DNA of 63,587 nucleotides from Hydrolagus affinis. Its lineage: Eukaryota. Below are positions 48,121 through 59,964 of this stretch, one piece after another. Where the stretch lies: contig JAAILG010001652.1 in NCBI GenBank assembly GCA_012026655.1, positions 1 to 63,587 on the forward strand, in the 5' to 3' direction. Made by a program: the position numbers and the translations under genes. How positions within the stretch are numbered: the first letter of the stretch is position 1; every line of letters starts with the position of its first letter. The notes below the pieces were generated by a model, which saw nothing but the letters and a program-made list of their open reading frames with translations, was not told the origin of the DNA and made no database searches.

Positions 48121-48802
48121 TGTGGACTAGGGAGAAAGCAAGCCAGAAAGATGAGGAGGTGCCAGGGCATGATGCTTGCAAGTTTCAGGGAGCTATTACT
48201 TTGTTAGCCACAAAGAGTGCTGAGCAATTGCAGCACCACAGCATTAAGCACCGGCTGAGATCAGCTCACTCAGCACAAAGGCGCTTTGGGTCACTACGGT
48301 CCATTGTTTCAACAGGAAACAATACATGTTCTTTCACACATTGGCCATCAAGGGGAAACAGATATTTTCACTTCTACATTAAAAATGGTGGGGGTCTGAA
48401 AATACACTTGGAATGATAGCCCTGGTTTTATTTACAGAAGAGACTTGGTTGTTCACAGACTAAGATGGCATTTAAAAATGCTAATAATTTCTTTTTTGAT
48501 CATTACATTTCTGACTCAGTATTGGTATTAAAACAGTGAATCAACTGTTTAAGTGATATCAGGTAGACTCACACTAATATGTAATATGGCAGGCAAAAAT
48601 TATAATAATAATAATCCTTGCATTTAATATAGTGCTTTAGCGCACCACAACGTCTCAAAGCACTTCACAGTGACCATTTTTAAGTGTAGCCATTGTGTAT
48701 TTTGTTGATTTTTTTTGTCAGGTCACTCTCATCATAAACATCATACAAATTTCACCTGATAAAATTGGATGCTAAGTGCTTTAATATAAATTCTGCGACA
48801 GA

Positions 48803-49050
48803 TGTCCTGTAGCTCAATGGTTAGAGCACTTGTCTTACAAGTGAGAGACCTGGGTTCAATTCCAGGCAGGACAAAAACTTGGGCAAGTTTGCTTACTCCA
48901 CATGCCTAATAATAATCTCTCAAAAAATAAAACAACAATAAATTGGTTATTTCAATCCATGAATCTTTGTGCAATTGGCTGCTGCGTTTTGAGACGTCTA
49001 GAAGACATGGAAAGCACTATATCAAATGCAAGGATTATGATTATTATTAC
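48803..49050 (+). mobile_element. tRNA-derived SINE, short form; head 48803-48873 folds like a tRNA
   Basis: TGTCCTG/CAGGACA acceptor stem, GCTC/GAGC D stem, GGTTCAATTCC B box; continues into SINE body and tail. Confidence 0.92.
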
Positions 49051-49793
49051 TATGTATTACATATATATAGTAAGTATGGCTTAGTGCCTGGAAAACATGA
49101 AGCAGAATATTATGCCTAGTTCAATCTGGTATCTTTGGCATTTAATCCATGTGCGCTTTTCCAGAGTGTGAATGTGGGTGATAAAGGCGCTGATGAAACC
49201 GACATTAGTTGACGTGTAGACTTTCAGAGCAGAAGCATTGGCAGGAAGACATCTAATTTGTCTCATGTCACCTAGACAAATGTCAAGCTGACTGAGATGG
49301 TCTAACAATGGATGTACTGTTACACAGCTGTGAGGTTGCATGCTTTTATAGGTCATTTTTGTTCTCATTCTGAACACTGTGATGAGTTTATGAGTGGAGG
49401 GCTTTCAAATTGGACATTATGAGATCAGCATGAAAGGATCTGTGAACAATTTTGGAATGCAGCAGAGAATCAGCCAGACTGATTATTATTTTGTTTCCTT
49501 TGATCCCTGGAAATTTTACAGCATTTGAATGAGAGACAACTGTCTCCGAAACAACAGGAGGTCCATTACCCTGAGAAGCCTGACTTCTGTTAACTCACAA
49601 TGTGTACCTTCATCAATGTTGTTCTGTTAAGTAACACAGGGCTAGAGATTATGATGTAAATACACCAAGTGGTCATTCCAAATACATTTGGAATGTACCA
49701 TGCTTCGGCATTCAAACTGAATTGCTTCTGTGATACAGCAGCTTGAGTAAGCCAAATGTCATGTTTTTTTTCTATTTATACTACAAATAGTAT

Positions 49794-50450
49794 GTGGGAA
49801 TCTTCCCCAACATTCAGTCCCTGACCAAGGCTGCCTTCTTTCACTCTGCCACATTGCCTTCCTCTGACCATACCTTACTCCAAATGCAGCCCAAACCCTT
49901 GTGCTGCCTTGTGCTATCATCGCTCGCTTGGATTACTCAAACGCACTCCTTGCTGTCCTCAACTCCACTATTCAAAAGATCCAACTCATTTAGAACTCTG
50001 CTTCCCGCATACTGACCCAGACCAAACTCCATACCCACATCTCACCAGTTTTGGCAAGGCTCCACTGGTTCCTACTCATTGAATAGATGGACTTCAAGAT
50101 CCTTACTCTCCGGTACCTCCCTACTCTCCAACCTTCTCACTCCCCAATCCAACACCCGGTGCCTCCGCTCAACTGGCACCGGCCTCTTACTCATCCCTTG
50201 GACCCTCCACCCCACCATCGGTCGTACTTTCAGCCACTACACCCCGAAACTCTAGAATACTTTCCTTCAATCAATCCGCCTTGCCCCATTCCCTTTTTCA
50301 AGTCCCGCCTGAAAACCTTCCTCTTTAACCATGTTGCCTCAGCAACTTCCACCCAACCCCCACCCCCCAGTCTCAAATCAGGCTCCACCACTGTTAAGCG
50401 CTCTAATACACTACCCTGCTTAGAGGGCGCTATATAAGTGCAAGTTGTTG
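49794..50450 (+). mobile_element. L2 LINE 3' fragment
   Basis: SRLDYSNALL, HISPVLARLHWF..MDFKILTL, FKSRLKTFLFN; tail GCGCTATATAAGTGCAAGTTGTTG. Confidence 0.92.
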
Positions 50451-51219
50451 TATATTTAGTCATTACAACAAAAAAATTTGCATGTTTCATTTACAATAAC
50501 ACGTTAATGCAGAACCTTTGAAATTAAAGACCATGCTCATAATGTATTTTTCAATAAACTATAATGTAGGGAGCTAAGGCAGCAGTGTAACTGGGAAACA
50601 GCAGATTAGAAATCCAGTACAGAGATTTAATAAATTCAACATCCCTTATTCTCACTTTGGTTTCTGTTTGTTTTGAATGATAATAAACTTTGCATTTTAT
50701 TTAGCACTTTCATGTTGGAGGGATGTCACAAAACATTTAATAGGATTTTTGGGGATTTAATAGGATTTAAGTGTCAGGACTGTGTACGTGTGAATTAATT
50801 GTCTGTTTAAACAGAGCATCCAATGACAAGTTCAGGTTGGAGAAACTATTGAATCCAACAGTACAGGAAAGCTGAATTAATATCTTTAAAGATCTTTAAC
50901 GCTGTTGGAGAAAAATTCCTACAGATCCTAGATTTACTGTATTCACAGGAACATTTCAGAATATGCAGGTATGTTGTTAAAAGAATTTACAGCAAACAGG
51001 CTTCAAAATTAGAAGACCATATTTAAGGATTTGACAAATTCTGGATTTTCTGAATTGTTAATAGAATAAATCTAGACTCAGGTGGAATTTATCTCCAAGG
51101 ATGCTTCAGTCTCAATATCTGTGTTTATTCTGTTCCTTTGCACTATCAGATTAAAAATTATACTCCTGACTAGTACTCCCGGGTGATCTCATCCCTTACT
51201 GAAGCATTCGGGTTGAGAT

Positions 51220-51690
51220 ATATTGTGAAGTATAATGACTGTGTCTTATAGGTGAATATAACAGCCAATTTACACAAAGTAATGCTCCCAAAACAGCCAC
51301 AATTTGAATATTCCATTTTATTTGGGAGATTGTTGGCCAAGACACCTGGAGAAATGCCCTTTCCATTTTCAAATAGTGCCATGGAATTTTTAATGATCAA
51401 CTGAACGGGTAGAAGGGACCTTATAGTCTCATATTCCAAACCCTACCCCTATCTTGGATCCAGAATATTGTCTGTCCAGCACCTTGGGACATCCTCCCAA
51501 CGTGAAAGGTGCTATACAAATGTAATTTTGTTGGTTGTTGTCATCTGAAGTACTCAGACAATGCAATGTTACCCCAGCACCAAATTGTGTGTCAGCTTGG
51601 ACTATGGGCTCAAAGTCCCAATGTGGAGCTTGAACCAACAACCATCTGATTCAGAGATGAAAGCACTATCAAATGAGCCAGGCTGACATT
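51220..51690 (-). mobile_element. Deu-domain SINE with nested opposite-strand L2 tail (~51433-51540)
   Basis: AAATAGTGCCATGGAA core, head AAATGAGCCAGGCTG; insert CAGCACCTTGGGACATCCTCCCAACGTGAAAGGTGC. Confidence 0.8.
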
Positions 51691-54600
51691 TTGTTAGTTA
51701 TCAAGAAGGAAGAGAGATATAAACTTTCCTCTTCTTCCATTCCATATTTCATATTGGAAGTGCCCAAAGATAATCAGAGCCCCTTTGGAGCTCCCATTCA
51801 TGCCATTGGTGTGTAGGTGGTACAACTCATGGTTATATAAGCACCACCACACATCACCTGGAAACACACATATTTTTGGCACAACCATAACGTTGCTGTT
51901 TGAATCTAAGTGCTTACAGATCTTCACCTGTAGTTTATTACAAATGGTTCTGATTCTTCTCTTCTTTTTGAAGGGTATTTTGGCTCCGCATTATATCATG
52001 CATTAAGTAAAGTCCTAAAAAAAAACTGCTCACTTAATTTATGAGGTCCTCCAGAGCCCAGTTACCTTTCAAAGTTGAGGAAAATCAAACACACCTAAAA
52101 TTTGGCATCGGTGCTGAAGGCTGGAGTCCAGTTTTCTCAACCCAATTTTTGAAGTTACCAAACCGTTCTGAAATGCTGATGGCTTGATGTCTGAGTGCTA
52201 CATCGTAAATATCTTGACAGGTTCTTGAAAGGTAGTTCTTTTTTCACCCTTCAAAGGTAAGTCATTTTGATGCTTCTTAAGTACTTCAGCAGCACTGAAG
52301 GGAGCTTGAAAGTTTCAGTCTGTGTGGACTGATTGACATAACCTCTGTTTGACCTCCGATGGATATTGCAACACTTCTCTACTTCTGCCCATTGGACTGT
52401 TTCGTCTCCACCACTTTTCCCCACTTCACATGATTTCGGAAATTCCAATAAAGGATACATTTTTCCCACAGATCAGACACCTTTCAGTATTTTGTGAAGC
52501 ACAATGGTAACAGCATTTGGAATCCAGTCTGCGAGTATCACCTCTGTCTTTGTTAAACGGGAATGTGTTTGCCTGTGTCTGCCAAACCCTGCAACTTGAT
52601 CATGCAGGGGGAGAAATTCTGCCTCGCTGTTTACCTGCCTTCACAGCATGCAAATTTTGGCCAATTCTTCAATTCTGCCTTAACGTTCAGCTTTCTCTCA
52701 GCTCTTTTAAGAACTGTGGAAAACCAGATTCACGATTAACGGTTCAAATTGAAGAATAGGACAAAATATGCAAGCACTAAAATGCTCATCCAGATAGAAA
52801 TTTTCCCCGTTATTTATTATTTTAAAAAATGGCTTGTTGTGTTGACTCTCAATGCAGTAGATCACGGTGGGTGGGATGTCATCGCAATTAATATGATACC
52901 AGGCCTGTTCCCTCTTCACAGGAATCAAGGCTGAATATATTAAGAACAATCATTTCATTCGATGTAATTAATGCGCTAACATCTCAAAACATTTCAGTTT
53001 TTCAGTAATGTAGTGCCTATGCATTAATGTTCCACAAATCTCTATGAAATAACCAATTTTTTAATCTGGGGATTATTGGCCAGGACCTCGGAAGAAACTT
53101 GATACACTTTTTTTGAACAGTGCAATGCAATTTTAGATACAAGCAGACCACCCTGCTGTTATTATTTCAAAGGATGCGAAGAATTTCTCCATATTATCCT
53201 GGTTTATGATCCTTCCTAATCTAAATTAATTTGCAAATTGAAATTCATCTCACTGATGTTTATGTGATGTTGCTGGTAAGATTAGCTGCCATCTTTGCTT
53301 ATAAGACAATATTCGCTTCATTTGTAATCAGTTATATGTTACAAAGCACTTTGGGATCTGTAATTTGAAGTGAAAGACAGACACTGTATGAATGCATTGA
53401 TGCTGAGTAGGACAGAGCTTGTAAAAGAACTTTTTGTTTCTGTTTATTCTATTCTGTTGTGCCCTTCCCCTGCAATACTCCACAGTTCAGATGTTTACCT
53501 GCGGTGTTTTGTATTCCACATTTCTGAATCTAAGGAAGTCCAGAAATGTATGTGAGGGGAGGCGTTGGAATGTAACCAACTGAACAGATACATTGATATG
53601 AATTGCACATCAGAATTAACAGGAATATTACTTTATATCAATTCCTTGCACAGAACTTTGAGATAATTCGAAGAAATAGCCACTACTGTATATCAAATTA
53701 TTATGTTTGTGTTATGATCGGAGGGAATGTAGTTAACACAACAACAACAAATTACACTTGTATAGCCAAAAGACGTCCAATTCATGCAAAAAGCGTCTCA
53801 AACAGTTAGTACAGCGGCCAATATAACCAGTTATTTAATATAAGAAACATAAGTAATTTTACTCTGAAGGAGTGCAGTGCTGTTACCTGCTGCTAGATGT
53901 CACTATTCCACTTTGTTAATATATAATAAAACAGTGCCCACAGTTTCCACCAGTGCCATCTTGTGGTTGAAAGTCTGTCCTGGAAGAAGAAAATAAATCA
54001 AAATAATTGACAACTGAACAGGGAGACTTTAAATCCATGTGTTCTTGCAACTGAACAGAAATATTATATGAATGACTTTCAATTTACTGAGCGAGGAGCA
54101 TATGCTCAGATGCACAATCTATGATACAATAGCTTTGGGGATGTACAAAAATCAGATCATTAATTATATTGTCAAAATAAGAAATTTCTGACTTTGATTT
54201 TTTTTTAATGGTTTGGTGCACAAATTATGGTGTATAACTTGAAGCTCAGACCACACCACTGTTCAGTAATTATATTCTTTGACAGTATACAAATTGTGCC
54301 TTTGAAAATAAATAGGCATATAGAGGGGACATAATAGGTAGGTATGAGATATGATTACAGTATCTATGTGAGTAGACTTACTTGGTAGATCTTTACTCAT
54401 CAGTAATGGATCGTGAAAGATCGTATCTAGTCAATTCCTCCTCTTCAAAGTTTTTTTTGTACCTCACAAAACTGAGGGGAAATAAAGGCTCCATGTAAGA
54501 GAGATGCACGTTACAGGAGGTTTCATGCTTGTCATGTGCTGAGCTGTTTTTTTAATTCAAAAATAAAAGTGAGGAATTCATTGTCTGTCACTGTAAAACA

Positions 54601-55469
54601 TCTGCTTGTTTTGCATTTCCTCAGTTATGAAAAAATACTCTCATAAGGGGTTAAATCCCATATTTGCAGCAATGAATGTTTGTAAAATGCAGTCCTGATT
54701 GAAATTGAATGTGAACCAGCTGTCCTCTGTCTATCAGCACAATTCATTCTGCTCTACATAAGAATAATCACCCATAAAACCAGCCAAAAGAATACATTTT
54801 TGAAAAGGCCCTATTCAGCATCTTAAAAATAATTACTCATACAAAAAAAATCCTTTCAAGTGTGTGGGTAATGTGAGCTGGATGATCAGGATTTCAGTTA
54901 ATTCTCCTTCAGAGATCTGGAAGTGGCACTAATGTGGAACTAGCAGCTGACATCTGCGTGCCCCAAATGTGGAGATTCATTTCCAGTGGAGTTGCTATCT
55001 GCACTGATTCTGGGCCACACAGTGTCTATCAGCAACACAACATAGCAGAGCAGCATGTGTTGTTGGCTCAAGTACCTCGTGCTGCAGATGTGATGTGAAG
55101 TGATGGCCCTTGTGATCACAGTCTGGGCTGACAGTCCAGTGCAATGCTTGAGGAGTGTTGCAATGTCAGAGTGTGTTCTTCAGGTGGGACGTTACCTGTC
55201 TGCCCGTTGTTTGGGTGGATGTTAAAGATGCACAAAAAAGACAATCGCTTTTACCTACAGAAACATTCACTATACTTGACAGTAATAACCCGTTTTGAAA
55301 TGTTTTGACATGATACAAATGCAACTGAGATCTTTCTTCTCAATGCTGAAACCACATCTTCCATTATAACTAGGGTTTGTGGTTATCAAGCTTTATATTT
55401 TTATTTTCAGCAAGTAAAATGAACATTTATTTGGGTAAAGAAAAGACTAAAAAATGTGGAAAAAAAACT

Positions 55470-55602
55470 GTGGTCACACTGCTGTGCACAGTTGGCTACC
55501 ATGCTACACCCACAAAATATACAGTTAATTCACTTCACAGTATATTTTGTGAAGTGCTCTGAGACGTCTAGAAGACGTGATAAGGTGCTATGTTAAATGC
55601 AA
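55470..55602 (+). mobile_element. tRNA-SINE 3' half
   Basis: CCCACAAAATATACAGTTAATTCACTT..GAGACGTCTAGAAGACGTGA. Confidence 0.88.
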
Positions 55603-56917
55603 ATGTTAAATGTTATATATAGTATGACACTTAGTTCTTGCCGATCCTGTGCACAATGTACAGAGCCCCTTACGTTATATCCTGCATACCTAATATCACT
55701 TCCTGTGCAATGTGCTGACTTTGAGCAGGTGCAGATTGCAGGAACTGAATTTAAGACCCAACAGTCGCCATTCAAATGCAATCATTCGCAATTGCAATTC
55801 AAATTACAATTCAAAACAACTTATTCATTAAATGTTTAGCAATGGGAATTCATTTTCCTCAATTTGAAGAAAATGAGAAGACCATGCCAAATACCAATTT
55901 TTATCAATTAAAATTGGAAAACTGCAAGCCTAACTGCAAACCACTCAAACACCTCAAAACTGCAATGTGATTGTAATACAGTGGGAAAGAGCAGAAACAC
56001 TCCTATTATTGGTTTGAGCAGGTGAGTTTTTATTGTACACAACAAAATAATATACAAGTATTCAGGGTTCACTGAGAAAGGACGGCACCTCAGATAATGC
56101 AGTCCCATTCCTGTTTGTAGTTTAGACTGTGAGTTCCTGATGCGGAACTTGAATCCACAACATCTGACTCAGAGGCAAGTGTGGTACCAGCTGGACCATG
56201 AATGCCTGCTACACGAGGAAATTTTCCTCATTCTCCTACATCTTTGGTATTCAAGTGTTTATCTAATTCCCTATTACATTATACAATCACTTTTGAAAAT
56301 AGTCTCTCCCGTCAAATTTTAGAAACAATGACAGAACCAAAATGATTGTTGCAACAGAAAATGTGTTCTGGAAGATGTGAGGAATGGACAAAATCTCAGC
56401 ATATCTAATTTTCCACAGGGCCAACATGCTAAAAATATACTTTCAAATCATCTGCATTTTAGTTCTCGGATGTTTTGTGAAATTTCCCCCAGGAACCTTA
56501 CAAGTCAGATGAATAAAAAAAACTACATTTGTGGAATCAAACGCAGATCCCTAATGCCTCCTGCATTTTAATGGCTCCTATGAAAATCAATGTGGGCAAC
56601 AAAACAGGAAGATTATAGTCTCTGCAGAATTAACTGCAAATGTGGAATCTATCCATTCAATGATTGCCTGTTCTCTTCACTTTACAATAATAGTTCAGTG
56701 CAATTCACTGCTGTGCTTGTCTATTTCAAAGAGTGTTGTATGTGTCCTTTAAGATCACCTTCAAGTGTCTATTCCAAGTGTCTTTTTTATTGAATAGATG
56801 GGCTTCAAAAGGTAGTTCTAAATAGGCTGTAGAACCAGACTCTGCTCTCCTTTGTGTCATACTACTAGAGTTGGTCCTGAGTGGTATCTGTTTTTTAATG
56901 TATCCTAATCCTTACAG

Positions 56918-57385
56918 TACTTGCATTTGATACAGCATCTTATCTTATTGTCGAGATGTCCCAAAGAATTTCACAAGATTTTGCTGTGAAGTACACTGAG
57001 TGTATTTTGTAGACAGACAAGACAGCCAATTTCCAGTTTGTTTCAGCACAAACAACCATGATGCTAACAATCCATTTTATTTGGGAGATTGGGAGACACT
57101 CCCTTCTCTACGGATATTGCAACGGGAACTTTAATGTTAGCCTGAACAAGCGCCTTGATTTACCATTTCATCTAAATGACAGCACCCACCACCAACAGCA
57201 ACAACAACTTGGATTTATATAGCACCCTCCATGCCAGATGGCATCTCAGTGCGTTTCATCAGAATACAGCCACTCCCAATGCTTTATTGAGGGTCAGCTT
57301 AGACTTCTGAGCTCAAAGTCCTGATATGGTTCCACAACCTTCTGACTCAAGAGTTCACAGTGTAACTGACCGAGGCAGGCTGAAA
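56918..57385 (-). mobile_element. Deu-domain SINE with nested L2-type tail (~57193-57256)
   Basis: CAGCCAATTT.., CCACAACCTTCTGACTC head; (CAA)n CTTGGATTTATATAGCACCC insert. Confidence 0.7.
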
Positions 57386-58362
57386 AATGTTCTGTGTTCA
57401 ACTCCTTATCCCCAGCTGACAGTGAAACCCACCAGACCACCCAGAAACTGCCCCCAGGGAAGAATGGTGAATAATGGGGCTGGGTAGGAGCACGGCATAA
57501 CGATCCCTGGGCTGGGCCCCAACCCTCCAGGCTGATCAGTGAAAATTGCTTTGTTGGCCTAAGAGTGTGGATTTTGGCCGTCCAAGGAAAACCAACCCTG
57601 GGAAAGCAATATTAAATACACAAACAGACCTGATCGCCTCTGAGCAATGCCTTTCCAAGCCACTTCCACCTCTCTGGGCAAAACATGGGAACAGGAAAAT
57701 GTGTTTCATCTTGTAATTGTATCAAATTGAATGCTGAAAAAAAAGGGGGACCATTTGCAGACCCTCTCTGTACATTTTGCCAGGTTTCTTATGAATAACA
57801 TAACAAATTATTTCTGTGCAAAATAGGAATTTTTAACGTTTAGGTGCCAATTTGTGTGTGACCACACAACTGTAGTGCGCCACAGGGCGCCTTCCACAAA
57901 AGTGTGCGTATTTGTATTTCTTTTTTAATTTGAATGTAGCTGTGAACTGTTCTATCTTTACTCTTTTCTTCTTGGCTTAAATGTGTCAAAATGGCCACAT
58001 GGAATGCGAATCATTGTAAAGCTTCATTTCCCTTCTTTACACAACGCAGTGTCAAACCAAATACAATTTGTTAACAGCAGCAATTTTCACTCATATGTAA
58101 ACATCACAAGACCACAAAGTTGGTCTGGATGGGAAGGTCCTTTGGCTCATCTGAACTTGTCCATCCACAACAGCCACCCTATTGTTCCCCAGTCACTGCA
58201 TCAAGTTGCGTTTGAAATGAGTAATTGCTCTTTTACCCACTTCGTCTTGATGTATCCTAAAGTATTGATCTGGGAGTTTTTTTAAAATCCTATTTCAAAT
58301 TTGATATACCTCTATGAGGTCCCCTTTGAGTTAGATTTTTTTAAATGTAGACATAAAATTGA

Positions 58363-58660
58363 TTCCTGTAGTTTAGTGGTCAGACCAAATGCCTTGCAAG
58401 CGAGTGGACCTTGGTTCTATTCCAGGCAGAGCGATATATTGGACAAGTTTCCTTACTTCACACTCCTCAGTTTACCAAGCAGTAAGTTGGAACCTAGGTG
58501 TTCGTCGATTGGCAGATTACTTTTCCAGAGGTAATATTCCCTTTAAAAAATAACATTAATAATAATTTGATCACTCAATCCACGACTGTTTGTGGGGCAC
58601 TGCTATACATAATTGGTTGCCACGTTTTGCCCACAAAATATACAGTCAATTCACTTTATG
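58363..58660 (+). mobile_element. tRNA-derived SINE, long form
   Basis: GCCTTGCAAGCGAG head, CCTCAGTTTACCAAGCAGTAAG central segment, shared body. Confidence 0.88.
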
Positions 58661-58855
58661 TTTTGAGATTTTTAGTAAATCAGAAACTGACGAGCAAAGA
58701 ATATGGGATTCATTTAAGATGATCAACAACAAGATCAAAATAGATATATTTTGAAGGTGGGGAGAGACGGTGGCACACATTGCCCATCACATTTGCCTAC
58801 AAAACACACAGTCACTGCACTTTACAGTATATCCTGTGAAGTGCTATGGGATGTT

Positions 58856-59505
58856 AACAACAACAACAACAAATTATATTCATGTAGTGCCTTTCACATT
58901 AGGAAGATGTCCCAGAGTGCGGGACAATCAGGGATTTGGACCTTACCTGGGGGTTCGGAACAGGAGGGGTGTAGGACAGTCAGAGTAGGGGTAGGAGGGT
59001 GGCCAAAGGTACAGTTAAAGCATAGGGTCTTGAGGCAGGCCTTGAAAGGAAGGAGCAAGGTGAAGTGACTCCAAAGGATGGGGCCTGAAGGAGACGTGGA
59101 GCCAGAGCCTGCTGAGTGGAGGGAGCAGACAGGTCTATATGGAGTTAGAGGGTTACAGGAATAGGTTGGAGCAATGCTGTGGAGGGCTTTGAAGGCATAT
59201 CCTATGGGAATGGAGCGCCAGTACAGCCCGGCGAAGATGGGGATAATAGGTTCATGGAGCTTGGTGCAATAGAGGACACAAGCTGAATAGTTCTGAATGA
59301 TTTGCAGAGGGAAGAGTTGGGAAAGTCGACAAGTTTGTGTAGAGCCTAGTTATGATGAATGGGTAGATGGGAGACTCAGCAGCCTGGGGGAGAGGCGGTG
59401 GTGGAGGTGGGAGATGTTGCTGAGGTGGGGAAAGGCAGAGCTGGTCATGGCACGGATGTGGTATAGAAAGGTCAGTTAATCAAGCAAGATGCCAAGTTTC
59501 CACCT
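58856..59505 (-). mobile_element. L2 LINE 3' fragment
   Basis: (AAC)n tail; GGGTCTTGAGGCAGGCCTTGAA (FKACLKTL on minus). Confidence 0.82.
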
Positions 59506-59906
59506 TTGTGTTTCTTCAGTTTTTTCCAATCTTTATTCACTATTATGAGGAGATTTTTCGTTGAGGCAGAGGCACCTGTTGATGCTTCCCTACAGGATTC
59601 TAAAAATGCTTATTATCCATAGCCACCTGTCATTGAGCAAAGAGTAGAGCCCTGTGTAATGTATGCCCAAGGGAATTTTTGCTATGGAAAGGACATCTGA
59701 GGCTATTTGCTAGGATGCAAAGATCTGCAACCTCCACATTGCCTTGCTCTTATCTCCAATTACGCATCTTTAAAGTGACAATTTAATGTGACAGGCAATT
59801 TCAGCTGATTTCTTTCCACATAATAGAACTGGCAACAGGAACAACAGAGAACACAAAAGGTTTATATAATTCTCACAAGAAACAGAACTGAAACTGTTGT
59901 GGATAG

Positions 59907-59964
59907 ATGGGTGGGGGGGTGGAGGGGGGCGGTGGAGAATGGAAATGGGGAGGGGTGTGGGGTG
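59907..59964 (+). repeat. G-run cluster with G-quadruplex potential
   Basis: GGG T G7 TGGA G5 ... GGGG A GGGG TGT GGGG: six runs of 3 or more G. Confidence 0.6.

Noticed and set aside
48803-48873. Genuine tRNA-Val(TAC) gene
   Set aside because: Runs straight into SINE body without a poly-T terminator; anticodon stem and T arm imperfect; one of many diverged copies.
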